From positions 754,481 through 818,480 of the forward strand of contig JBAOHN010000008.1 in NCBI GenBank assembly GCA_037045385.1: DNA of 64,000 bases. Reading direction: 5' to 3'. Position 1 is the first letter of the stretch. Every line of letters begins with the position of its first letter. This DNA is from Baekduia sp. GTDB taxonomy: Bacteria; Actinomycetota; Thermoleophilia; Solirubrobacterales; Solirubrobacteraceae. Shown here one piece after another: positions 29,783 to 38,153 of this stretch. A model generated the notes under the pieces. That model saw only the letters and a program-made list of their open reading frames with translations, did not search any database and had not been told where the DNA came from. A program made the translations under genes and the position numbers.

Positions 29783-31048
29783 ATGGAGCGCACGATTGTC
29801 ATGAAGTTCGGCGGCACCTCGGTCGCTGACGCGGAGCGGCTGAAGAACGCCGCGCGCAAGATCGTCGCCAAGCGCGAGGAGGGCTACGGCGTCGTCGCCG
29901 TCCTGAGCGCGCGCGGCAAGGAGACCGACCGGCTGATCGCCGATGCGTTCGAGGTCTCCCCGGCGCCCGACCCGCGCGAGATGGACATGCTGTTGTCGAC
30001 CGGCGAGCGCGTCAGCTGCGCGCTCTGCGCGATGGCGATCAACGACCTCGGCCACCGCGCGATCAGCCTCACCGGCTCGCAGGCCGGGATCGTTACCGAC
30101 ACGAGCCACACGAAGGCGCGGATCCTCGACGTGCGCGCTGACCGCATCCGCGAGGCCCTCAGCGAGGACCACATCGTGCTCGTCGCCGGCTTCCAGGGTG
30201 TCTCGACCGCCAAGGACGTTACGACCCTCGGCCGTGGCGGCTCGGACACGACCGCCGTTGCACTCGCGGCGGCCGTCGGCGCCGAGGAGTGCGAGATCTA
30301 CACCGACGTTCCTGGCGTCTTCAGCGCCGACCCGCGGATCGTCGCCAACGCCAAGAAGCTCGACGTCGTCAGCTTCGACGAGATGCTCGAGATGTCGGCC
30401 TCCGGCGCCGGCGTGCTCCAGCTCCGCAGCGTCGAGTACGCCCGCAACCACGGCGTGCGCGTGCACTGCCGCTCGAGCTTCGACCACCGTGACGGGACGC
30501 GCGTCGTCTCACAAGAGGAAGCGAAGGATCATCCGATGGAGAACCCGCTGATCACCGCCGTGACCCACTCGCGCAGCGAGGCGCGCGTGACGCTCGTCGG
30601 CGTGCCCGACAGCCCCGGCGTCGCCGGGCGCGTGACGACCGCGCTCGCGGACGCCGGCGTCAACATCGACATGATCATCCAGAACGAGCCTCGCTCCGAG
30701 GGTGCGCTGGCGGAGCTGTCCTTCACGGTCCCGCAGGACGACGCGCAGGCCGCTGGCGCTGCGCTCGCGCCGATCGCGAGCGAGCTCGGGATCGGCGTCG
30801 AGACCGACGACGGGATGGGGAAGGTGTCGATCGTCGGCGCCGGGATGAAGTCCCACCCAGGCGTGGCCGCGACGGTCTTCAGCGTGCTCGGTGAGGCCGG
30901 CATCAACATCGAGATGATCTCGACCTCGCCGATCCGGATCTCCTGCGTCGTCGCCGGCGATCGTGTCGATGACGCGGTCACGGCGCTCCACGACGCGTTC
31001 GAGCTGAGCGGCGAGGACACGATCCAGGTCGAGGACCCGTTCGCATGA
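29783..31048 (+). CDS. ask: aspartate kinase
   Basis: ..VMKFGGTSVAD.. and two C-terminal ACT domains. ATG at 29783 chosen (the track starts at GTG 29717 inside palindrome C). Confidence 0.9.
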   Translation: MERTIVMKFGGTSVADAERLKNAARKIVAKREEGYGVVAVLSARGKETDRLIADAFEVSPAPDPREMDMLLSTGERVSCALCAMAINDLGHRAISLTGSQAGIVTDTSHTKARILDVRADRIREALSEDHIVLVAGFQGVSTAKDVTTLGRGGSDTTAVALAAAVGAEECEIYTDVPGVFSADPRIVANAKKLDVVSFDEMLEMSASGAGVLQLRSVEYARNHGVRVHCRSSFDHRDGTRVVSQEEAKDHPMENPLITAVTHSRSEARVTLVGVPDSPGVAGRVTTALADAGVNIDMIIQNEPRSEGALAELSFTVPQDDAQAAGAALAPIASELGIGVETDDGMGKVSIVGAGMKSHPGVAATVFSVLGEAGINIEMISTSPIRISCVVAGDRVDDAVTALHDAFELSGEDTIQVEDPFA

Positions 31049-32079
31049 GCGGCTACAAGGTCGCCGTCGTCGGTGCCACCGGCGCGGTCGGCAGCAGGAT
31101 GCGCCAGCTGCTGCGGAGCCGCGACTTCCCGTTCAGCGAGATCGTCCCGTTCGCGTCCGAGCGCTCGGCGGGAAAGACGCTCGACGATGGGCTGACGGTC
31201 CAGGGACTCGTCGATGACGAGCGTCTTGACGGCTTCGACGTCGCGATCTTCTCCGCGGGCGGCGGCGTGTCCAGAGAGTGGGCGCCGAAGTTCGCCCAGC
31301 ACGGCGCGATCGTCGTCGACAACTCGAGCGCGTTCCGGATGGACGACGATGTGCCGCTCGTCGTCGCCGAGGTCAACCCCGAGGCGCTCGACCAGATCGG
31401 CAAGGGCATCGTCGCCAACCCGAACTGCACCACGATGGCGATCATGCCGCCGCTGAAGGCGCTACACGACCGCTTCGGCCTGCGCGCGCTCGTCGCGACC
31501 AGCTACCAGGCAGCAGGCGGCGCCGGCCAGCAGGGGATCGACGAGCTGATGGCGCAGATCCCGGTACTCGCCGGGCACCCCCAAGAGCTCGCGGACGACG
31601 GCGCCCAAGCGGCGCGCCGCGTCGAGCCGAGCACCTTCTCGAAGCCGATCGCGTTCAACGTGATCCCACTGCTCGGCACGCCTGACGAGAACGGGTACAC
31701 CGACGAGGAGATGAAGCTGCAGAACGAATCACGCAAGATCCTGGGCGTCCCGGATCTCGCCGTGTCACCGACCTGCGTGCGCGTGCCGGTCGTCGTCGGC
31801 CACGCGATCGAGGTCCGCGCGACGTTCGAGCGCGAGCCGTCGGTCGCGGAGGCGCTCGAAGCGATGGCCGCCCACGAGGGCGTCGAGCTCGACGACGTGC
31901 CGACGCCGCTCGAGTGGGCGGGCCGTGACGAGGTCGTCGTCGGCCGCGTGCGCAAGGACCTCGCCGACCCGAACGCGCTCAACATGTTCGTCGTCGGCGA
32001 CAACCTGCTCAAGGGTGCGGCGCTGAACACGGTGCAGATCGCCGAGCGTCTCGTCGAGCGCGGCCTGCTGACACAGTGA
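31045..32079 (+). CDS. asd: aspartate-semialdehyde dehydrogenase
   Basis: VAVVGATGAVG, active-site ..NPNCTT.. ATGA overlap with ask. Confidence 0.95.
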   Translation: MSGYKVAVVGATGAVGSRMRQLLRSRDFPFSEIVPFASERSAGKTLDDGLTVQGLVDDERLDGFDVAIFSAGGGVSREWAPKFAQHGAIVVDNSSAFRMDDDVPLVVAEVNPEALDQIGKGIVANPNCTTMAIMPPLKALHDRFGLRALVATSYQAAGGAGQQGIDELMAQIPVLAGHPQELADDGAQAARRVEPSTFSKPIAFNVIPLLGTPDENGYTDEEMKLQNESRKILGVPDLAVSPTCVRVPVVVGHAIEVRATFEREPSVAEALEAMAAHEGVELDDVPTPLEWAGRDEVVVGRVRKDLADPNALNMFVVGDNLLKGAALNTVQIAERLVERGLLTQ

Positions 32080-32151
32080 TTTGACAAAAACCGGCCTATA
32101 GCGCATCCTTCCTCAGGCAGCGCGCAGATCGTCCAGCTTGTGGGAGGCGGC

Positions 32152-32188
32152 GCGCGGTGGCGGCCTCGGGGGAGGGCCGCCGCCGCGC
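32152..32188. terminator. 14-bp GC-rich hairpin between convergent asd and the ABC permease
   Basis: GCGCGGTGGCGGCC-tcgggggag-GGCCGCCGCCGCGC (one G-U pair). Confidence 0.4.
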
Positions 32189-32208
32189 TACGCCGCGCCG
32201 GACGCGTG

Positions 32209-32979
32209 CTACCCGCTGACCGCGGCGCGCCGGTAGCGCCGGACGGCGAGCGGCGCGAAGACCGCGATCAGCCCGAACGACCAGAGGAAGCCGAAGAGCA
32301 CGTCGTTGCCGGTGTCGGTTCCGAGCCAGAGGCCACGGATCGCATCGGTCACGATCGTGAACGGGTTGACGCCGGCGAACCACTCGAGCGGCGCCGGCAT
32401 CGTCTCGGCCGGGACGAAGATGCTCGAGATGAAGGTCAGCGGGAAGACGGTGATGAAGCCGAGCGTGTTCGCTGCCTCGGTCGAGGAGACGAGCATCCCG
32501 AGCAGCGCGAAGATCCAAGAGAACGCGTAGCCGAAGAGGATCAGCAGGACTATCCCGAGCAGCACGTCGGGAGCGCCGCCGTGGAAACGGAAGCCGACGA
32601 TGTAGCCGGTCGTGATCAGCACCAGCATCGAGACGAGGTTGGTCGCAACGTCGGCGAGCGTCCGCCCCGCGAGGACCGCGGGCCGCGCCATCGGCAGCGA
32701 GCGGAAGCGATCGATCAGGCCCTTGTGCAGGTCCTCGTTGAGCCCGAGCGCCGTCACGAACCCGCCGAACGCGATGTTCTGGACGATGATCCCGGGGATC
32801 AGGAAGTCCTCGTAGCTGCCGAAGCCGGGCGTCCGGATCGCGCCGCCGAACACGTAGACGAACAGCAGCGTGAACATGATCGGCTGGATCGTGAACGCGG
32901 TCCACAGTTCCGGATTGCGCTTGAGCCGCGTGAGGTTGCGCTCGGCGACGATCAGCGTGTCCTGCACGGTGCGGGCCAT
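32209..32979 (-). CDS. ABC-2 type transporter permease (DrrB-like)
   Basis: 256 aa, about six TM helices. Start overlaps the stop of the ATPase gene. Confidence 0.8.
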   Translation of the reverse strand: MARTVQDTLIVAERNLTRLKRNPELWTAFTIQPIMFTLLFVYVFGGAIRTPGFGSYEDFLIPGIIVQNIAFGGFVTALGLNEDLHKGLIDRFRSLPMARPAVLAGRTLADVATNLVSMLVLITTGYIVGFRFHGGAPDVLLGIVLLILFGYAFSWIFALLGMLVSSTEAANTLGFITVFPLTFISSIFVPAETMPAPLEWFAGVNPFTIVTDAIRGLWLGTDTGNDVLFGFLWSFGLIAVFAPLAVRRYRRAAVSG

Positions 32980-33953
32980 CAGCGGCTCCCCTCCTCTGCG
33001 TCGCCGTCTTCCTCGGCGGCTCGTCCGGTCAGTGTCAGGAAGACGTCATCGAGCGTCGGCCGGCGGAGCGCGAGGTCGTCGACGTCGATGTCCGCCCCGC
33101 CGAGCAGCCGGACGGCCTCGACGATCGCGCCGCTGCGCTCGCGCACATTCACGTGGACGACCGCGCCGTCGATCACCGGCGGCTCGGCTCCCATCGGCGC
33201 GAGCGTCTCCGCGGCGCGGGCGGCGTCGCTCTCGCTGACGAGGTGCACGTCGAGGCGCTCGCCGCCGACGCGGTCCTTGAGCTCCGTCGCGGTGCCCTCG
33301 GCAATCACGCGCCCGTGGTCGATCACGACGATCCGGTCGGCGAGCCGGTCGGCCTCGTCGAGGTACTGCGTGGTCAACAGCACCGTTGTGCCGTCGGAGA
33401 CGAGCGTCTCGATCGTCTCCCAGAGCGCGATCCTGCTGCGCGGGTCGAGCCCGGTCGTCGGCTCGTCGAGGAACAGGACCGGCGGCTTGGCGACGAGCGC
33501 AGCCGCGAGGTCGAGCCTGCGGCGCATGCCGCCGCTGTAGGTCTTGGCCGGGCGGCTCGCGGCGTCGGACAGCGAGAAGCGCTCGAGCAGCTCGGTTGCC
33601 CGGGCAGTCGCGACGGCGCGGCTCATCCCGTAAAGACGGCCGACCATGATCAGGTTCTCCGCGCCGGTCAGGTTCTCGTCGACGGCGGCGTACTGGCCCG
33701 CCAGGCCGATCTCCTCGCGCAGCGCTGCGGCGTCGCGCTCAACGTCGAGCCCGGCGACGGTCGCGCTACCGGCGTCGGGCTCGAGCAGCGTCGTGAGCAC
33801 ACGGACGCAGGTCGTCTTGCCGGCGCCGTTCGGTCCGAGCAGGCCGAGCACGGTCCCCTGCTCGACGGTCAGGTCGACGCTGTCGAGGGCGCGTACGTCA
33901 CCGAAGCGCTTGCTGAGGCCGGTGGCCGTGATCGCCGGGGCGGTGGCGGGCAT
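32979..33953 (-). CDS. ABC transporter ATP-binding protein (DrrA-like)
   Basis: Walker A GPNGAGKTT, signature YSGGMRRRL, Walker B VLFLDEPT. Confidence 0.9.
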   Translation of the reverse strand: MPATAPAITATGLSKRFGDVRALDSVDLTVEQGTVLGLLGPNGAGKTTCVRVLTTLLEPDAGSATVAGLDVERDAAALREEIGLAGQYAAVDENLTGAENLIMVGRLYGMSRAVATARATELLERFSLSDAASRPAKTYSGGMRRRLDLAAALVAKPPVLFLDEPTTGLDPRSRIALWETIETLVSDGTTVLLTTQYLDEADRLADRIVVIDHGRVIAEGTATELKDRVGGERLDVHLVSESDAARAAETLAPMGAEPPVIDGAVVHVNVRERSGAIVEAVRLLGGADIDVDDLALRRPTLDDVFLTLTGRAAEEDGDAEEGSR

Positions 33954-34011
33954 GGCGGGACACGATAGGAGTCGCGCCCTACCGAGCTATGGGGAGATCG
34001 GGCCGGCTGCG

Positions 34012-34305
34012 TCAGCCGCGGCGTGTCGTGAGCGTGCGGCTCTTGGCCTGGGCGCCGCTGACGGTGACGCGCAGCTTGGTGCGCAGCGACGGTGTCTTCT
34101 TGAGCTTGATCGTGCCGGTTGCGCGGCAGGCGCCGTTCTTGGTTGAGAGGCGCAGCGTGGTCTTGTAGGTCTTGCCGCCGAACGCGGTTGTGGCCTTGAC
34201 GCTCCCGCTGCAGCGCTTGCCCTTCTTGAGCGCCAGCTTGGCGTTGAGCGTGATCGTGCGACCGGAGAGGCGGGCCTCGATCAGCGGCGGCGTGACCACG
34301 GGTGG
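34012..34305 (-). repeat. conserved 3' module (C-terminal domain coding), copy in P1
   Basis: About 294 nt from the stop codon. Contains the 45-nt string CTTCTTGAGCTTGATCGTGCCGGTTGCGCGGCAGGCGCCGTTCTT (34096-34140), identical in P1-P4. Confidence 0.85.
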
Positions 34306-35937
34306 CGGATCGTTGCGGACGGCCGGCGCCGGCGGGTCGGTGACGCTGACCACCGAGCTGCGCGTCGCGGAGTTGCCGGCGGCGTCGGTCGCGGTGACGC
34401 TGACTCGGTACTCGCCGGTAGCGGCGAATGTGTGGCTGGGCGATTCGCCGGTCGCCGAAGTGCCGTCACCGAAGTCCCAGCGGACGCTCCTCATCTCGGA
34501 CCAGTCGTCGGAGGCTTCGGCCGAGACCGGCACTTCCTCGCCGGTGGTCGCTTGGTCCGGCACCGAGAGCGCCGACACCTGCGGCGGGCCGAAGTCAGCG
34601 ATCGCCGCGTGGACCGAGTACCGGCCGCTGGCGGTTGAGGTCCACGCGATGGCCACGTTGCCCTTGAGGTCGCTCTGGGAGACCGGCGTCGAGCTGAGAT
34701 CGACAGACGAGCCTGGAATCGGTGCCGGATCTGCCCAGGCACCGGTCGCGCTGTCGCGGACGGTGATGCCGATGCCCCTGGCACCGGTCACACGGGTCTG
34801 GGCGACGCCTGCAATCGCTCCGGACGGGAGCGGGACGAGATCGGCGAGTCCCCAAGAGGCGTCGGCGACCGGTGTGACCTGCTGCAGCTCGCCCCAACCG
34901 CCGCTCGCGGAGAAGATCCGCGTAGATGTTCCTGCGTGGACCGTCAGGAGGTCGTTGTTCACGATGCTGTTCAGATCGACGGCGAGCCAGGAGACGAGAA
35001 GGTCCCCGCCGCCGAGCGGAGCGACCGACGGTGCGACGTCGAACCAATCGTCGCTGGCGGCGTCGACCGGTGCATCCCAGCTGCTACCGGCCGAGCGCCT
35101 CAGCACCCACGCGGCTGCGTCCGGGCCCGGGTCCGCGAACCAGGTCGCCACCTGACCGCCCGCTCCGTCGCTGACGAGCTTGAGCAGCGCTGCGCCGCCG
35201 GGCTTGCTGAAGCTCTCGGGCACGCTCCAAGTGCTCTGGCTCGAGTCGTAGGTGGTCGTGCCGATGCCGCTACCGCTCCCGCTGTCGAGCGTGAACGCCA
35301 CGGTGATGTCGCCGTCATCGACGATCGCCCGGGGGTTCGACACCGCCAAAGAGCCCGACACGATCTCGCCGGCCGGCCATTGCCCCCCCTGCCCGGCTCG
35401 GCGGGCGGCGACGACGTGCCCGCCGTACTCGCGCCAGATCAGGGTCTGCACGCCGGATCGATCGGTCAGCAGCACAGGATCGGTCGACTCGGCGCCGTTG
35501 TTGCCTCCCGGCGTGTCCGAAAGCCGGTCGGTTGATGTCCACTCCCCCGTAGCGGCGAGCCGGGTCGAGGTCTCGATCTTGGTCACGCCTCCGACGGTCC
35601 GCGACCAGGCGACCGTGACGTCGTTCGACGCGCTCACGGTGATCGCCGGGTTTCCCAGCGCCGCTCCAGGCCCGCTGATCTCCTCTCGTGCCGACCAGCT
35701 CGTATCGCCGGGCGAACGGCGGCTCGAGTACACGTGGGACGCCGCGTCGTCGCCCTCGCCGATCCAGGCTGCGTGCGCCGTCCCGCCGCCGTCGAACCGC
35801 ACCGTCACGCCACCGCCCTGGTGGTCGGGGTCGCCGAGCAGTTCCTCACCGCCGACCCACGGAGCCGCTGATGCGGAGCTCGCAGCGAAGGCCGCGAGCA
35901 GGGTTGCGATGAGCGTGGCGAGAGGCCGGGTACGCAT
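34012..35937 (-). CDS. array paralog P1: secreted repeat/PKD protein with conserved basic C-terminal domain
   Basis: ATG at 35937 gives the signal peptide MRTRPLATLIATLLAAFAASSASA. PKD motif WDFGDGTSATGESPSHTFAATGEYRVSVTATD. Tail ..IEARLSGRTITLNAKL..TLTTRRG. The track ORF over-extends to 36126. Confidence 0.85.
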   Translation of the reverse strand: MRTRPLATLIATLLAAFAASSASAAPWVGGEELLGDPDHQGGGVTVRFDGGGTAHAAWIGEGDDAASHVYSSRRSPGDTSWSAREEISGPGAALGNPAITVSASNDVTVAWSRTVGGVTKIETSTRLAATGEWTSTDRLSDTPGGNNGAESTDPVLLTDRSGVQTLIWREYGGHVVAARRAGQGGQWPAGEIVSGSLAVSNPRAIVDDGDITVAFTLDSGSGSGIGTTTYDSSQSTWSVPESFSKPGGAALLKLVSDGAGGQVATWFADPGPDAAAWVLRRSAGSSWDAPVDAASDDWFDVAPSVAPLGGGDLLVSWLAVDLNSIVNNDLLTVHAGTSTRIFSASGGWGELQQVTPVADASWGLADLVPLPSGAIAGVAQTRVTGARGIGITVRDSATGAWADPAPIPGSSVDLSSTPVSQSDLKGNVAIAWTSTASGRYSVHAAIADFGPPQVSALSVPDQATTGEEVPVSAEASDDWSEMRSVRWDFGDGTSATGESPSHTFAATGEYRVSVTATDAAGNSATRSSVVSVTDPPAPAVRNDPPPVVTPPLIEARLSGRTITLNAKLALKKGKRCSGSVKATTAFGGKTYKTTLRLSTKNGACRATGTIKLKKTPSLRTKLRVTVSGAQAKSRTLTTRRG

Positions 35938-35941
35938 CGGA

Positions 35942-36235
35942 TCAGCCGCGGCGGGTCGTGAGCGCGCGGGTCTTCGCCTGGGCGCCGCTGACGGTGATAC
36001 GCAGCTTGGTGCGCAGCGACGGTGTCTTCTTGAGCTTGATCGTGCCGGTTGCGCGGCAGGCGCCGTTCTTGGTTGAGAGGCGCAGCGTGGTCTTGTACGA
36101 GCGGCCGCCGAAGGCGGTGGTGGCACGCACGGTGCCGCTGCAGCGCTTGCCCTTCTTGAGCGTGAGCTTGGCGTTGAGTGTGATCGTGCGGCCGGAGAGG
36201 CGCGCCTCGATCACCGGCGGGGTCACAACCGGCGG
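35942..36235 (-). repeat. conserved 3' module, copy in P2
   Basis: 36084-36220 matches P3 38002-38138 at 135/137 nt (hand count). Confidence 0.85.
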
Positions 36236-37855
36236 CGGGTCGTCTTCGCTGCCGTCATCGGCCGGCGGCGCCGGCGGGTCGCTGACGGCGATCATCCGCG
36301 TCTCGGTCGTCACGTGCCCGGCGTTGTCGATCGCCGTCACGCGCAGCGAATAGGTACCGGCCGCCGCGTACACGTGCGAGGCGGCTTCGCCGCTCGCCGA
36401 ACCGCCGTCGCCGAACTCCCACGCGGTCGACGCGACCCCGGACAGCGTGTCCGATACGCCCGCCGAGACGGCGACGCGCTCGCCGGTCGTCGCCGTTGCC
36501 GGAACGCTGAGCCCGTCGATGTCGGGGGCATCTCCGTCGCCCTCAGCGACGGCGACCGTCAGCGTCGGCGTGTCGGCGCGCAGCAGCGTGATCGCCGCGT
36601 TGCCGTTGTCGTCGAGCGCGGAGCCGAGCAGGCCGTTCGGCCCGACGCTGCTCGCCTCGCCGAAGAACGGGTCGATGTCGCCCCATCGGCCTCCGGACGG
36701 GCGGAACGCCGAGCCAACCTTGACCGAGCCGCCGTCCAGGATCGCGACCGCGGCGAGCATGTCGCCGTGCCGGTTGACCGAAAGCATCGGGGCGCCGGTC
36801 CAGGCGCTGGCGACCGGTTCTGGGTCGCCCCAGGCCTGCGCGTCGGCGTCGAAGGTCGCGGTGGTGACGTGGGCCTCGTCGGCGAAGTTGCCGCCGTTGA
36901 ACTCCTGCCAGACGACGACGAAGTTGCCGTCGGCATCGGCTCGGGCCTGACCGAAGTAGGTGTTCGGGCCGTTCTTGAACAGGGTGTGCGGCGGCGACCA
37001 CGTGTGGTCCGCGCTCATCGTCGCCGCGTTGATCCCCGTCGACGAGGGGGAGTTCCAGACCGCGACCGCGCGGCCAGCCGAATCGATCGCCGTCCCAGCG
37101 GAGATGTCGTTGCCGTCGGAGAACCCGGTCGTCGCGCCCGACCACTCACCGGTTGCCGGGTCCCGGAGGGCGTAGCGGAGGTGGTTGCCGTTGTCGTAGT
37201 GCTGCCACGAGGCGATCGCGTTGCCGTTCGGCGCGAACGAGAGTGCAGGGTCGCCCTGGCCGGTATCGGGCTCGTCGAAGGTCTCTGCGAGCGTCAAAGC
37301 ATCGGCGCCTGCGGGGAACCGCCAGAGCCGTGAGCGCCAGTCGCCGCCGCCCGTCGATCCGGTCGTGAGGAAGTAGACGCCGTCCGGGCCGCTCGCGATC
37401 GCGCTGCCGGTGAACATTTCGCCCGGCTCGGTCGCCGACGTCGCGGGCGTCCAACCCTCGTTCGGGTGGGAGATGGCGTACTCGCCTGTGCCGTTGGCCA
37501 GGAGCCAGAGCACGACCGCCGTCCCGTCCGGGCCGACGGCGACGCGCAGGTTGGTGTCGAACACGGCGATGTTCGAGTCCGGGTCCGAGACGACGCGCGC
37601 CTCGCCCCAGGTCCCGTCAGCCTCGCGGACCCTCGCGAATGCGCGCCGCAGTCCGCCTGCGATCTGGTTCCAGGCTACGACCACGCGCCCGTCAGGTGAC
37701 GTGGCGACATTCGCGTAGTGGGCGGCACCGCTCTCAGCGGAGAACGTCTGGGCCGGTTGCCAGACCGGCTCGAGGCCGGCGGCCGATGCAGCCGTCGTGC
37801 CTGCGGCCAGGGCGGCGGCAGTCAGCAGGGCGGTGGTGGTCAGGCGAGCGCGCAT
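35942..37855 (-). CDS. array paralog P2
   Basis: Signal peptide MRARLTTTALLTAAALAAGTTAASA, PKD WEFGDGGSASGEAASHVYAAAGTYSLRVTAID, conserved tail. The stop lies 4 nt from the P1 start. Confidence 0.85.
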   Translation of the reverse strand: MRARLTTTALLTAAALAAGTTAASAAGLEPVWQPAQTFSAESGAAHYANVATSPDGRVVVAWNQIAGGLRRAFARVREADGTWGEARVVSDPDSNIAVFDTNLRVAVGPDGTAVVLWLLANGTGEYAISHPNEGWTPATSATEPGEMFTGSAIASGPDGVYFLTTGSTGGGDWRSRLWRFPAGADALTLAETFDEPDTGQGDPALSFAPNGNAIASWQHYDNGNHLRYALRDPATGEWSGATTGFSDGNDISAGTAIDSAGRAVAVWNSPSSTGINAATMSADHTWSPPHTLFKNGPNTYFGQARADADGNFVVVWQEFNGGNFADEAHVTTATFDADAQAWGDPEPVASAWTGAPMLSVNRHGDMLAAVAILDGGSVKVGSAFRPSGGRWGDIDPFFGEASSVGPNGLLGSALDDNGNAAITLLRADTPTLTVAVAEGDGDAPDIDGLSVPATATTGERVAVSAGVSDTLSGVASTAWEFGDGGSASGEAASHVYAAAGTYSLRVTAIDNAGHVTTETRMIAVSDPPAPPADDGSEDDPPPVVTPPVIEARLSGRTITLNAKLTLKKGKRCSGTVRATTAFGGRSYKTTLRLSTKNGACRATGTIKLKKTPSLRTKLRITVSGAQAKTRALTTRRG

Positions 37856-37859
37856 CGGG

Positions 37860-38153
37860 TCAGCCTCTGCGGGTGGTGAGGGTTCGGCTCTTCGCTTGGC
37901 TGCCGCTGATCGTCACGCGCAGCTTGCTGCGCAGCGACGGGGTCTTCTTGAGCTTGATCGTGCCGGTTGCGCGGCAGGCGCCGTTCTTCGAGGCGAGGCG
38001 GAGCGTGGTCTTGTACGAGCGGCCGCCGAAGGCGGTGGTGGCGCGCACGGTGCCGCTGCAGCGCTTGCCCTTCTTGAGCGTGAGCTTGGCGTTGAGTGTG
38101 ATCGTGCGGCCGGAGAGGCGGGCCTCGATCACCGGCGGAATCACGACCGGCGG
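37860..38153 (-). repeat. conserved 3' module, copy in P3
   Basis: See the P2 copy. The 45-nt identical string is at 37944-37988. Confidence 0.85.

Noticed and set aside
34172-35155. Plus-strand ORFs antisense to the array genes, recurring in each paralog (for example ..VVARTVPLQRLPFLSVSLALSVIVRPERRASITGG..)
   Set aside because: They recur only because the 3' module is repeated. The sense strand has signal peptides, PKD motifs and consistent gene boundaries.
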